From assembly GCA_950097015.1 (NCBI GenBank), contig CATNEN010000003.1, forward strand, positions 3,100,001-3,164,000: a stretch of DNA of 64,000 bases, in the 5' to 3' direction. Under the pieces are notes generated by a model. The model saw nothing but the letters and a program-made list of their open reading frames with translations, did no database searches and had not been told where the DNA came from. The number at the start of each line of letters is the position of its first letter. Position 1 is the first letter of the stretch. The DNA is from Macrostomum hystrix. Taxonomy: Eukaryota; Animalia; Platyhelminthes. Both the position numbers and the translations under genes were made by a program. This document shows positions 24,359-36,707 of this stretch, piece after piece.

Positions 24359-25774
24359 TGTTAATTATTTAACAGTTTAGCTTCTAATAAAAAATAGCTT
24401 TGAAAAATATATTATGAATTACAGTGAGATAATTCCACTTAGACAAACATTCGGACCTTGTGTCTTGTAAAGTAAGTTTCTTGTAAACGAAGTTTTTATA
24501 AGCCACTAAACATTATTTATGTAAAACAAATGTTTGCTATGTTTTATTAATAATGTCTACTAAAATCATTTTTTTGCACTCATTAACTTGAAACTTAATA
24601 ATTTTTGTTTTTTTGATTTATGAATTTTCTTAATTTCATATACAGGGGTGTGTATAATCTATGGGTCTGGGCATTTTATATTTATATTTCAGCACGTATT
24701 TATATATAGCAGCACGTTCGACGTTTGCCCCACATAAAAGCGTTGTATTGGCTTTGAAAGCTATAAGCTGCGCGTATCAATACGCCGCTGCGCGCAGAGT
24801 ACCGCTTTGTAGGCTCGTGTTGTAACGCAGATTTGGCTTTACGGAGTGTAACACGGGTGCATGCATGATGTTCACATCAATAATTATCGTTACTAAAAAC
24901 CTAGGCCTACCAGGATTTGAAGTTTTTTGTAGCTTTTTCTAACTTTCTTTTGTGAATTAATTAAATAGTAAAATTTCTTTCAGCAAGTTTCTTTTATTCG
25001 CAATATGTTGTGCTTACTTTAGATTTTTCTTCATACTTTTTTCTTAGTTTATATTGAGTTTACACTAAAATAGTTGTTCATAAATAGGAATGCATATGCA
25101 TCCTAAGTTATTTTTTTGCCTTATTTATGATCAGTCATGTTTTTTTACTTATTAGTTTTTGGCAACAGCAATATGTAATATAAATAAAAAAACCCTCATA
25201 GTTATACATATCTAGAATAGTGGCTAGAGCTAATTCCACTCGCTATACTGATCCATATACATCAATTGTTATTGATGTTGAACTCGTGTTCCTATTGGCC
25301 TAATGATCTCTATGTTTTAGGTGTCCAAAGTTTTATTTAAATGGAATCAAGTTTACCATTTTAATTCTAATTATATGTTTTATAGTATTAGGATTAACAA
25401 AAAATCTGTTGGCTTTGCAAATGTAAAGAGCTATAATTACTGTCAAAACGAACAAATATTTAAATCATTTTCTTACCCAAAAGTTATTTTCTTTTTTGCT
25501 GTCTCTACTCTTCCAATATTTCTTATGGAATTTTTAAATAATATTAATTGTAAATGGTTAGCCCCAGCCATCACATTATATTCAGGCAATATAGACAAGA
25601 GACATAACTAATGTTGTTTTGCTTCTTTTATTTTATATAATTTACCCTTGCTTTTAAGTTTCAAATTTTATTTATGCTGCAACACAAATAATTTTTTTAA
25701 TTTCAGATGTTTGTGAATGCTTAAAGTAGAAGCATTTATATTAATTTCAAAAGGTTTTAAGCCTCTAAAACAAC

Positions 25775-28700
25775 ATGGATGGGTAAGCAGCATAGAGGAT
25801 GAAATTTAGCATATTTGCTATGTTTTTTAAGCCAAACATTTTATTTTTATCCTGATTCAATATTATAAATTCATTTTAGAAGCAAAATAAAAACATACTT
25901 CGAAAGTCTGATAAAGTACCATAGAAATTCTGCGCAGACTGCTAGTAGGAGTGGCAGACAAGAGGATGTGGCAAATATTCGCACACTGATCTCAAGGCTT
26001 ATGCAAGCCTTACAGAATCAAGGTATGTTTAGGGTTAGCTAAATTAAAACATGCCTTTTAAAGAGCATATTGTCACACTTAGTTAAGTAAAAAACTTTGT
26101 TCCAACATCAAACAGATAAGCTGAATCGTGATTGGCTATTGCGCCAGCCCAACTATGCTCAATGTCTGGTTCTCACAATGCAGACAGTGCCAGATCGTTC
26201 TGTTCAGCTATGCTCAGCACATTGTATTGCTGAATTATTGGGCCACTCCAACACTGCCAGGCGGGCTCAGGTCTTTGTTAAACAGGGAGCGACACTAGCT
26301 CTTTGCCAGTCTATGGCACAGGAGTGGCGCGAACCTGCACCCAACGAAACTATGCTCATGCTGCTGCATCAGGTGAGCATCTTATCAGCTGACTGGCATC
26401 TTAAGGAATGAATCGTTTAGATCCCACCTGAATTATTCAGATCCCAACTGAATCATTCAGATCCCAACTGAATCATTCAGATCCCACCTGAATCATTTAG
26501 ATCCCACCTGAATCATTTAGATCCCACTTGAATCATTCAGATCCCACCTGAATCATTCAGATCCAACCTGAATCATTCAGATCCCACATGAATTATTGAG
26601 ATCCCACCTGAATCATTCAGATCCCACCTGAATCGTTTAGTTCCCACCTGAATCATTCAGATCCAACCTGAATCATTCAGATCCCACATGAATTATTGAG
26701 ATCCCACCTGAATCATTCAGATCCCACCTGAATCATTCAGATCCCACCTGAATCATTCAGATCCCACCTGAATCATTCAGATCCAACCTGAATCATTCAG
26801 ATCCCACCTGAATCATTTAGATCCCACCTGAATCATTCAGTTCCAACCTGAATCATTCAGATCCCACCTGAATCATTCAGATCCCACATGAATTATTGAG
26901 ATCCCACCTGAATCATTCAGATCCCACCTGAATCGTTTAGTTCCCACCTGAATCATTCAGATCCAACCTGAATCATTCAGATCCCACATGAATTATTGAG
27001 ATCCCACCTGAATCATTCAGATCCCACCTGAATCATTCAGATCCCACCTGAATCATTCAGATCCCACCTGAATCATTCAGATCCAACCTGAATCATTCAG
27101 ATCCCACCTGAATCATTTAGATCCCACCTGAATCATTCAGTTCCAACCTGAATCATTCAGATCCCACCTGAATCATTCAGATCCTACCTGAATCATTCAG
27201 ATCTTAACGAAGCTCGCAGCCAAGGACAAGCGATTGCCAGCTCGACTTCGCCAACACCAGTGCCTGCCAATCACTCTGAGCCTGTTGCGCCAGTGCTCAA
27301 TTGCCAGTCCTGGCTCTGGTCGGCCTGCTCACGTACCGCTGGCCCTATTAAAAGCTGCCTGCGTTTCTAGCCAAAGAAATTCGGCAACCGCCGGACGCGC
27401 AGGTGCCGTTCAACAGTTGTTGAAACTAACAGAACAATGCGGCAGGCGTCAATTGACCCTACTCAAACTGTCCCTGGACACCCTGATCTGTCTGACCAGG
27501 CTGAAGTCTAACGCTGCTAGAGCTCTAGGCCAAGGCGGCCTAGGCTTAGCTCTGGCTCAGTTCGAAGATTGGCAGAGGCGAGACACGCGGAATAGAAATG
27601 TTCCGATTCGGCGGGCTTTGCTGCTGCTCCTGAGGCAGCTAACTGCTGTCAGGTTTGTGGATTCCATGCAGTTTTCTGAGAATAGTTTAGGTCTTAAAAG
27701 TTGTGAATGGGATTCGTTTTTTTATTTTGAATGGGGGTATTTTACTTTTTCAGAATTTTCGGGATCGGGTAAATGAGGGATTTTTATTGGATTCTTAAGA
27801 GCTGGAACTTACTGGGATTTTTCCTTTTTTGGAATCTGGGATTCCTTTTTAGGATTCCGAGGATCAGGGATATTTAGGATTTATTTTAGGATTCCGAGGA
27901 TCTGAGATATTTGGGATTTATTTTAGGATTCCGAGGATCAGAGATATTTGGGCTTTATTTTAGGATTCCGAGGATCAGGGATATTTGGGATTTATTTTAG
28001 GATTCCGAGGATCAGGGATATTTGGGATTTATTTTAGAATTCCGAGGATCTGGGATATTTGGGATTTATTTTAGAATTCCGAGGATCTGGGATATTTGGT
28101 ATTTATTTTAGGATTCCGAGGATCAGGGATATTTGGGATATATTTATGATTCCGAGGATCTGGGATATTTGGTATTTATTTTAGGATTTAGAGGATTCCG
28201 AGATACTTTCGGATTCCTTTTAAAATATTCATGGAAACTGGGATATTTTAGATTCCTTTATGGTTTCTGGCAATCTAGGATACATTAGGAGTCCTTTTAT
28301 AATTCTGGGATCTGGGACATATTGGATTTTTTAAATAGGGAAATCTGTGAAATTTAGATAACGTTTTAGGATTCGGAAGATCTGGGATGTTTTCGATTTA
28401 ATGTCATTTGCTGAAGATTTGCGATTACAATTTAGGATTTGATTTAAAGATTTTCAGAGATTCTCAGGACTTTTGAATGCGTTTTAGTTAAGAATATTTC
28501 GGTTTTCTAGAAATTGTACTTAAAACAAAGCGACAACTCTCGCCCTCTCGCCTTAGATCAGGGCGCCGGGCTTTCGCCCAGCTTGGCGGCCCGGTTGCTC
28601 TTTACCAGCTGTGCCGCGGCGCATTGAACAATGCCGAACTCGAACCCCTGACCGCAGCTGCCACCCTGATCCTGCGCCAGTGCGCACCCCGCACCCAGCT

Positions 28701-31700
28701 GCCTGTGCCGTCGGCTTTATCGCCGCACAGCGCCTTCATCAGCGCTAGCCTCCGACAGCAGCTCCAGCTCGATTCTGTCTCCGTCGATAATGCTGTTCGA
28801 CTGGGTGCCGACAGCAGCGACGAAGATGACGATATCGACGATGACGAAGATGACGACGAGGCGGCGGACGATGATGACGGCGAAGATGAAGCTGACAGCC
28901 GCGACGGACACGCTGATAACAATGAGCCGGACAATGGCTACTCGTTTACCAATAGCGGCGCCGCCTCACTCAAATATGGTGAATCTTGTTTTGGAGATCT
29001 TTGTTCTATATTCAAGTCAAAACCTTGTCATCCCGAAGCCCTATATCTTTTCTGAGGCCTAATATTCCCCAATTGCCCTCAATCCCTTCAGGCCCGTCAT
29101 CTCAATCCCTTCAGGCCTATCACATCAACTCCTTCAGGCCCATCACCTCAATTCCTTCATGCCCATCACATCAATTCCTTCAGGCCCATCACATCAATTC
29201 CTTCAGGCCCATCACTTTGATTCCTTCAAGCGCACATTAACTCAATTCCTTCAGGACCATTACCTCAATTTCTTCAGTCCTATCACCTCGATTCCTACAT
29301 TGCGTTTTGCCAAAACAATTCGTCTTCCAAAACTATCAGGCGACGTCAGCAGCTACGACGGCCGCAATCTAGCCGAACTGGAAGCCGCCTATGGTCACGT
29401 GATTGAGTTGGAAAGTGCTGGTGCTGCTGCTGCTGCTGCTTCGCTGAATTGCGGTTTGCCCTCGTTATCTCGCCAGACTGTATCATCGTCAACCTTCGGA
29501 CCAATCGCATCTTGGTCGTCGACTTCAGCATCTATGGGTCATTTGTCATTGAACTCATCGTATTCTACATCGTCAATTGAGCAGACAATGAAATCTGTGC
29601 GTCTATCTGCTACAGAAATATCCCTATTGTCTGTTTCTGCCAAGCCGTTGACTTCTAGAAGAAGATCTGGCAATAATTCCGCACAACAATTGTCAGATTA
29701 TTCTTCAGCTGACGCTGGCCAATCAGCACTGACCGAACGATACGTGCGTCTGAGCTCTCGCACAAAATCGGTGGCCAAATTTCACATTCTTGGCTATCCG
29801 GATCTAATAGGAGCCTGTTCACCGCCCTATAGGGAGGCTTTGACAGAGCGGAAGTCTGTCTGTACACAGGCACTGGTGCTGGACGATGCTAGAAGGTTAG
29901 TTTTCTTGTAAGGTTAAGAAAAAAACGAGAATTCTAGAGTTCTGGCCACCAGCCTAAAGGGGTAAAAAATTTGGTGGGTGTGGCGACACCTCCAGTCCAT
30001 GGACTGAACATGCTGATGCACGCACAGCTTTTGGCTTGTGAAAAAATTCTGTACACTGCTATGTTGCCAAAATATTATTGATCAATTCAAGATTCAAGGA
30101 AAAATTTTTGTTTGATTACACCTGCCCCAATTGGGCCAGACGTGCAGCCGACAGCACAGCCGCAGCTACGAGTATTGCGTGGCGCATCTGAAGGCTGCGT
30201 ACGGCTGTTCAGTCCATGGACTGCGGAGCGCGACAGCCACCCTTAATTAGCCCAGCAAATTCTGGCACCCATTTGAAATCTGGGTGAACTGAAGCAATGC
30301 AGAGTTAAGTGTCTTGCTAATGGACACGGAACTGTATCAGGGGAGTCGGGAATCGAACCCCCGACCTTCCAGTCGTGAGTACGAAGCTCTAGCCACTAGG
30401 CTACAACCCCATTTAGCTCAGAAAGTTTCAAGCTCAATTTATAATTGCATAACTGTCCATAAAAATTCCAAATCTAATGTACATCAAACCCTCTACCTTC
30501 TTCAGATGGATTGATCCTTCGGACATTATCGATCGTGTCGTTTACGATCTGGACGAACTAGTTTCCCGATCTCGTTCGCACGGTCGCATGGACGCCGCCA
30601 ATAGATTAGTGAACGACGATGAACTAGAATTGCAGCAACAGCAGCAACAACAGCAGCAGCAGCACTTGACTTTCGAATCTCGCTTTGAATCTGGCAATCT
30701 TCGTCGAGCTATTCAAGTGCGTCGACGAGAATACGATCTTCTCCTTAGTCCGGACATTGGGCATCGAGGTCACCTGCAGTGGTTCTACTTTCGCGTTGCC
30801 AACTGTGAATCCGGTGTGCCCTACAGGTTTAACATTGTCAACTGTGAAAAAGCTGGCTCCCAATTTAGCTGCGGTATGAGACCGCTACTATTCAGTGTTA
30901 AAGAGGCCATGCTAGGAAGGCCGTATTGGCTAAGAGCCGGCAAGGATGTCTGCTATTATCGCAATCAATATTTGCGTCCAAAGATATCTGGTCCTAGAAT
31001 GCCTTATTATACGGCTAGTTTTACTATTACATTTAAACACTCTGGTGACGTGTGCTATCTGGCCTACTATGTGCCGTACACCTACACTAGGCTATTAGCC
31101 GACTTGGAGGATTGGCAATCAGTTGCAGCCGCCAATACCAATGATTCTTCTGGTATAATATTCTCTCGTCATAGTTTGGGAGCGTCACTAGGCGGCAATC
31201 AGTTGCACGCTTTGACTGTCACAGCTGAGCCAATGGATTCTGCGCGACCAATTGTGCTAATTACTGGGCGAGTACACCCGGGCGAATCCAATGCCAGTTG
31301 GACTGTACGCGGTCTGGTCAATTATCTGCTCAGTCCGGCTGCCAGGTTGGTTTGACTGTTGGTTTGAAAATAGATGGATTGCCCATCTAACCACTAGGTG
31401 GGTTGTAGCCTAGTGGTTAGAGCGTTGGACTAACGACTTAAAGGTCGAGGGTTCGACTCCCGACTCCAACGGAACAATTTGTGTCCTTTAGCAAGACACT
31501 TAACTCTGGATTGATTCGGTTCACCAAACTGTTAAATGGGTATCAGCATCTGCTGGGGTATTTAAGTGTGGGTGTGGCGTCCCCCCCAGTCCATGGACTG
31601 AACAGCCGTACGCAGCCTTCAGATGCGCCTTAAAAATTATTAATAAGAATTTGTAATTTAACATTAACATGACTCACTCCATTAATATTGTCACAGACAA

Positions 31701-33212
31701 CTTCGTCGCGAATTCATATTCAAATTGGTGCCAATGCTAAACCCGGACGGCGTGATCAACGGCAATCATCGCTGCTCGCTATCAGCCGAGGATCTTAACA
31801 GGGCTTGGCTGTGTCCTACGGTTGCTAAGCAACCAGAGATCTATCATACGAAGGTGAGAATCGTTTGTTGAATTATCTAGAATGGCGAATATCGTTTATC
31901 ATTGCAGTGCAATTACTACGGGATATTTTTCAACTGCTCATCCTCCAGGGCCTGCTCAGCCTGCTCTGCCTCACTGGCCGTAGGCCGGCTCTCTACATCG
32001 ATTGTCACGGTCACTCGAGGCGCAACAATGTCTTCATGTTCGGCTGCAGTCCGAGCCAGAGCTGGATGCAACAGCCAGTAGATCGAGACAATCCCGGCTG
32101 GCTGTTGAATGGCGGCGTCGGCGGGCCGCCAACTGAGGATCTGGGTTATCGGGCTCTGCCCAGACTCTTAGCTCAACTTGCTCCCGCCTTCTCCTGGTCG
32201 AATTGTTGCTTCACTGTTGAAAAGGTGCGTGTTGCTTGCATTGGGTTCTGTTTTATGTGTACTTTTAAAGCTGCTGGGAATGAGAAATTAACGATTCAAA
32301 AACTGTTTTTATGAATATACTTGGCACTCATGTCACTCTAGATTGTCACTCTCATTGTCACTCTAGATCGTCACTCTCATTGTCACTCTAGATCGTCATT
32401 CTGATTAGAACTCTAGATTCATATTTTTGTCACTCTGAATTTTCAATCTCATCGTCCCTCTGATCTAGCCTCTTTTGTTGCCCTACTTTGTCACTCTCGT
32501 TTATTCGTGCGGGTCTCACTCCCTCCTCACGCAAATTGAGTTTGCCAATCTACTATCGCTAACCCAGAACCCACCCCGTCACTAGGCCAAGGAGTCTACC
32601 GCTCGCGTTGTAGCCTGGCGACAGATGCGCATTCTTTGCGCCTACACCCTGGAGGCCAGCTACAGCTGCTGCGATCAGGGTCCCTACAGAGGCTTCCACA
32701 TCGGAGTGCGCGAACTGGAAGAGATGGGCGCCAAATTGGCCGAGTGTCTAGTTCGATGGCGCGCCTTTCGGCAGATTCCTGTTACTGCTACTGCTGCTGC
32801 TGCTGCTGCATGCGCCTCAGCCGCTGCATCAACAGCTTCGATGGAGTCGAGGTAATTAAAACGCGATACGAGGCACATTAATCTCCAAGTCTTATCTCCT
32901 TATGTAAATGTCGTTTGGCCGCGGATTCGAACCCAGGACCATTAGTGCAAGAGTCAGACGCTCTACCGCTCCGCCACTTTGAACCACACTTGCTTTACCT
33001 TATTCTTCAGCACTTATAGTTTTTTCTCTCTATTTACCAAATCCAGAAACGCCACATTTCTCGTGGGCAGCGATACTGACGATCGAGAAGAAAATCAGTG
33101 TCTAATGTTGGACGATGATGAAATCAGTGGTAGCGTTGATGATGCTGGATATCGAGACGATCGACTCTCTGAAGAGTTTATCACGGAATCCGACAATGAG
33201 TTGTACGCTTGA
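25775..33212 (+). CDS. AGTPBP1: Cytosolic carboxypeptidase 1 / Nna1 tubulin deglutamylase (exons about 25775-25782, 25880-26022, 26116-26372, 27201-27652, 28557-28978, 29340-29895, 30506-31345, 31697-31853, 31949-32224, 32586-32851, 33047-33212)
   Basis: N-terminal ARM-like region, [57 protein letters not shown]. The first two exons are less certain. Confidence 0.9.
26409..27200. repeat. Intronic minisatellite, 20-bp unit (ATCCCACCTGAATCATTCAG); last unit is the splice acceptor
   Basis: About 40 copies ending exactly at CAG|ATC, 27200/27201. Confidence 0.95.
27847..28190. repeat. Intronic minisatellite, 37-bp unit (TTTTAGGATTCCGAGGATCAGGGATATTTGGGATTTA)
   Basis: About 9 copies. Confidence 0.9.
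29078..29290. repeat. Intronic minisatellite, 23-bp unit (TCAATTCCTTCAGGCCCATCACA)
   Basis: About 9 degenerate copies. Confidence 0.85.
30112..30410 (-). mobile_element. SINE family 1, full-length copy
   Basis: Reverse complement starts GGGGTTGTAGCCTAGTGGCTAGAGC...GGTCGGGGGTTCGATTCCC (A and B boxes), followed by the shared body and tail. A further fragment lies at about 29960-30010. Confidence 0.85.
31400..31630 (+). mobile_element. SINE family 1 copy
   Basis: GGGTTGTAGCCTAGTGGTTAGAGCG...GGGTTCGACTCCC head, then GTGTCCTTTAGCAAGACACTTAACTCT body. Confidence 0.85.
32331..32420. repeat. Short intronic repeat TGTCACTCT(AG/C)AT, related to 37800-38075
   Basis: 12-13-bp tandem units. Confidence 0.7.
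32913..32977 (-). mobile_element. tRNA-like SINE head (family 2-like)
   Basis: Reverse complement GTGGCGGAGCGGTAGAGCGTCTGACTCTTGCACTAATGGTCCTGGGTTCGAATCC. No proper acceptor stem. Confidence 0.6.
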
Positions 33213-33435
33213 TGGCGCTCGCATGTTAACTTCATTCGTAGCTGTTAAAAATAATATTGCCCTACGCTTGCTTCGACGATTAATAGCTGTAGGTCATTGA
33301 GTGTTGTCTGATCAACTACGAGCTAGTAATGTATTCTGAATTAGCTCTAGATCTCTAATTTTTTCGTTGATTTCTTGAGACTTTCGTGGTGTTTTCTCGT
33401 AGGGTTAAAGCAAATATAAGAAGCTTCACTAAAGA

Positions 33436-33832
33436 CCCACCTTACTCCCACCCACCTCACTCCACACCCACCTCACTCCGCTACCAACCTCACTCCACTA
33501 CCCACCTCACTGCACTACCCACCTCACTCCACTAACCACCTCACTTCACTACCCATTTCACTCCACTACCCACCTCACTCCACTACCCATTTCACTCCAC
33601 TATCCGCCTCACTCCACTACCCACCTCACTCCACTACCCACCTCACTCCACTACCCACCTCACTCCACTACCCACCTCACTTCACTACCCATTTCACTCC
33701 ACTATCCGCCTCACTCCACTACCCACCTCACTCCACTACCCACCTCACTCCACTACCCACCTCACTCAACTACCCACCTCACTCCACTACCCATGATTTC
33801 ACTCCACACCCACCTCACTCCGCTAACCCCCT
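33436..33832. repeat. Minisatellite, 17-bp unit (CCCACCTCACTCCACTA), downstream of the AGTPBP1 stop
   Basis: About 23 copies. Confidence 0.92.
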
Positions 33833-35228
33833 CAAAAATTATTTTTACCGACTAGCCAAATCATAGCTTGATGTTTGATTTTTAAAGTTCATGTCTTTTT
33901 TCAGTTTTTCTTCCCTTTTTCTCAATATGCGTTGTTACTGGTTGTGCAACTTGCATTTAGTTGCCATAACTCTGAGATTTTTGTTGTGCTGTTTTTCTCC
34001 TCTCTGGAATTTAAACTATTTTTCTGTCGTTCGTCCTGTTTTTTTTAGTGAGCTAGGTACAATTTTTATTGAGCTCTACTCATTTTTAGTTTGTTGTCTT
34101 TAGTGTGTATTTAGTACATAACTATAAGTATTTTTATATAAATAACATTGCCCTGTCCCTTTTATCAGCAAATCAGGTTACTTCTTTATAGATTTTTGTA
34201 CTTTGTGTTGTACTTTGCGTTGCTTGAAGCTCGCCTATATTATTAGCTGTTGTGTCCGCTTACTTGTGAATCTACAAGGACAAATTTGTTTTATTTCATG
34301 CTTTCATATTTTTATGCTGTCGAATTTTTGCTGTGTATATCAAGTGCTTCTCTATATTGTTCAATCATTTTATTAGACTTGAAATTATTTGTGCTGGCCT
34401 ACATGTATCGAAATTTTTTTTAATCCGCAGGAGTCAAACTAGCTAGACGATATGTATCGAAAAAGTGATATTTTTCTAAAATATAAAATTGATAAATTTC
34501 AAAATACACATTTTTGATACCGAAATTTCTTTATTTGTTAAAATGAAATATGAAACATACGGAAATAAGTTTTAAAGTGACTTTAAAAGTGATAATCTTG
34601 CAGTGAATTAAAATGTTAGGAATGAAAAAATTAAGTTTTTATGCCACAAAGTGCTACATTTTAATATAGATTTCATTACTGCATTTATTTTCTTTTATGT
34701 TGTGCCATTGTTGGGTCAAAATTTGTGTTTTAGGAGGCTATTTCTGTCGCTGGTTATTTCTTAAGGCCCAAGAAAATAATTGTATACTCCAACAATCTGC
34801 ATCACCACAATTTTCAAGCAGTTTAACAATAAATTGTATGCAATCAAGTTTTTACTTTTAGTACTTTATCTAGCTTTAAATTGCCTGTCACATACTAAAC
34901 TCTAACGTACTTGTATTAATAATTAAAATCGTTCTCTAATTACACTTAAGAAACATAGAATTTTTTATTTGACGTAGAAGATAGTTTGTACTATTCTGAA
35001 GAAGAAATTTTAATTCAATTTGATGTTTGTGTTCGGTCTAAATAAATACGTGCCTACAGGATAGAGCAAAAAGTATAAAAAATACTATCGTAATTAAAAC
35101 ACTAATTGGCATTCTGTTAATCGCCGCTTTTGGTGCGAAAAACGCATTATTTCTACTGTAAGTAGACGCACGTTTTTATCTAAAATTTAAATGTTTCGAA
35201 TATGTGCAAGCCAGCTAAATCAGCATAT

Positions 35229-35388
35229 AAAAGGTGGGATAGCGCTAAACGGTGTTTAGGACCTCCTGTTAAGGCGGTTTTGTTTTTTGTGCCAGAAACT
35301 GTCAACAATGACAGATTCCAGCAGTTTTTGTATTTTTTTGAAAAAATCCAGTATTTATCAAAGTAGCCGTTGTAAGCAGAGCCCACCC
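35229..35388 (-). ncRNA. Vault RNA-like gene A (160 nt; internal T6 run, possibly a pseudogene)
   Basis: 5' GGGTGGGCTCTGCTTACAACGGCTACTTTGA ... ACCGTTTAGCGCTATCCCACCTTTT 3'. GGTGGG/CCCACC stem. TATAAAT about 30 nt upstream with GTTTCGCA further up. Confidence 0.6.
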
Positions 35389-35944
35389 AGAGTCACGGTG
35401 TGGACAATCTCACATTTATAGCCTAATTCCGACAGTTGCGAAACTTTTATTTTAATTTTTTATAAAATTTAAGCAAAAAATATCGTGCACTACTTTTAGT
35501 AAAATACATGCGCCTAAATATTTTTAATACTGAGACAGATACACAAAAGTATTCTATAATAATATCTGTGACTTGCAATGCGAAGAACGTTGCTAAAATA
35601 AAAAATAAAAAAGAAATCTGAATTTGGTACAATTAGATAGAATTCGCCTGTACCAGTTGTATTGTCCGATATGTATCGAAAAGTTCAACTTAACCTCTAT
35701 TTTTTAAAGATTTTTTGTGTCCTTGCAGGACTAATAATAGTGCTAATTAGTTCATAACTTTCATTTGCCTACTTAAATTTCCAGAAATAACTTCTAGTAT
35801 TTATAAAATGCTTTAACCTGGTTATACGAAAAAGCTTGCATAAATGCGTTATGCTTACTGTAAGTAATGTGCTTGGTTGAAAAAGAGGTTTCGCATTCAG
35901 TACAGTCCTAAGTATAAATAAGAATTATTGCCTGCATATAATTT

Positions 35945-36049
35945 GGGCAGGCCAATGCATTTCGGATACTTTGAAGAAATCCTCTGACCGTCACTCAGAA
36001 AATGATACTTAATTGCATTATTTGACCGTAGGCGCAATCCTGCCTTTTT
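35945..36049 (+). ncRNA. Vault RNA-like gene B (105 nt)
   Basis: GGGCAGGCCAATGCATTTCGGATACTTTGA ... GACCGTAGGCGCAATCCTGCCTTTTT. TATAAATA at 35913-35920, GTTTCGCA at 35888-35895. Confidence 0.7.
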
Positions 36050-36439
36050 CGGTACAGTTTATTATGTCTCTGTTTTTACCTTATACAATACAATTTGTAA
36101 GCTTTTTAATCTGAATGATCTGAATTATAGCATCTGTGCCTTTAAACAAAGCTTGTATAGCCTATTTTTAAAAGCATATCATTATTTAGGCAATAGTTTT
36201 GAGTTTTGACCGATGGATTGCCTATTAGGCACCTTGAGCTAAAACCCGACATGTATCGAAAAAGTTTCAAACCAAGAGCGCTTTATAAACAGAAACAAAG
36301 CACGAAATAAATTACGAATATTTAAACTACTTTAAGTAGAAACAAAAGAGATATAGCTAGCTTTTCAGGCGAGTAGGTAAATAATTTCGCTATTTCTGGC
36401 CGCAAGTTTTAAAAATACATTTTATAGCTGCTTTTACCT

Positions 36440-36540
36440 GGGCAGGCTAAATGCTGCACGGTTACTTCGAAGAAATCGCCTGAGTTCCGTTCAGATAATG
36501 ATGCTTATCACTTTGACCGTTAGCGCAACCCTGCCTTTTT
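36440..36540 (+). ncRNA. Vault RNA-like gene C (101 nt)
   Basis: GGGCAGGCTAAATGCTGCACGGTTACTTCGA ... GACCGTTAGCGCAACCCTGCCTTTTT. CGGTTACTTCGA is identical to human vtRNA1-1 as recalled. TTTAAAAA about 30 nt upstream, TTTCGC at 36385-36390. Confidence 0.75.
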
Positions 36541-36707
36541 GTTGATTTTTAACATATTTTTTCGAAGTTACAGCACTCTGGAAAATTATATCAGTAAAAT
36601 ACATTTTTTCCTTTAAATGATGACAGCTTCTATAAACTTTATTCTTGCCGATATGTATAGAAAAACGTGTCAGCGGCAGATCAGACAGACACGGACAGAT
36701 CAGCCAG

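Noticed and set aside
26409-27200. CRISPR-like appearance of tandem arrays
   Set aside because: Head-to-tail units with no unique spacers, no cas genes, and a eukaryotic context.
32913-32977. tRNA gene candidates here and at 30340-30410, 31400-31470, 61600-61650
   Set aside because: A/B boxes are present but the cloverleaf stems do not close, and most continue into or match SINE sequence.
34731-34775. Possible sixth vault RNA-like 5' end (GGAGGCTATTTCTGTCGCTGGTTATTTC)
   Set aside because: No complementary 3' end, terminator or TATA box. At most a decayed remnant.
35945-36540. Twister ribozyme, Y RNA or sbRNA interpretation of the structured repeats
   Set aside because: No twister core (UAA...AAG...GAG) and no Y RNA bulged-C Ro60 site. 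Both ends match vault RNA much better.
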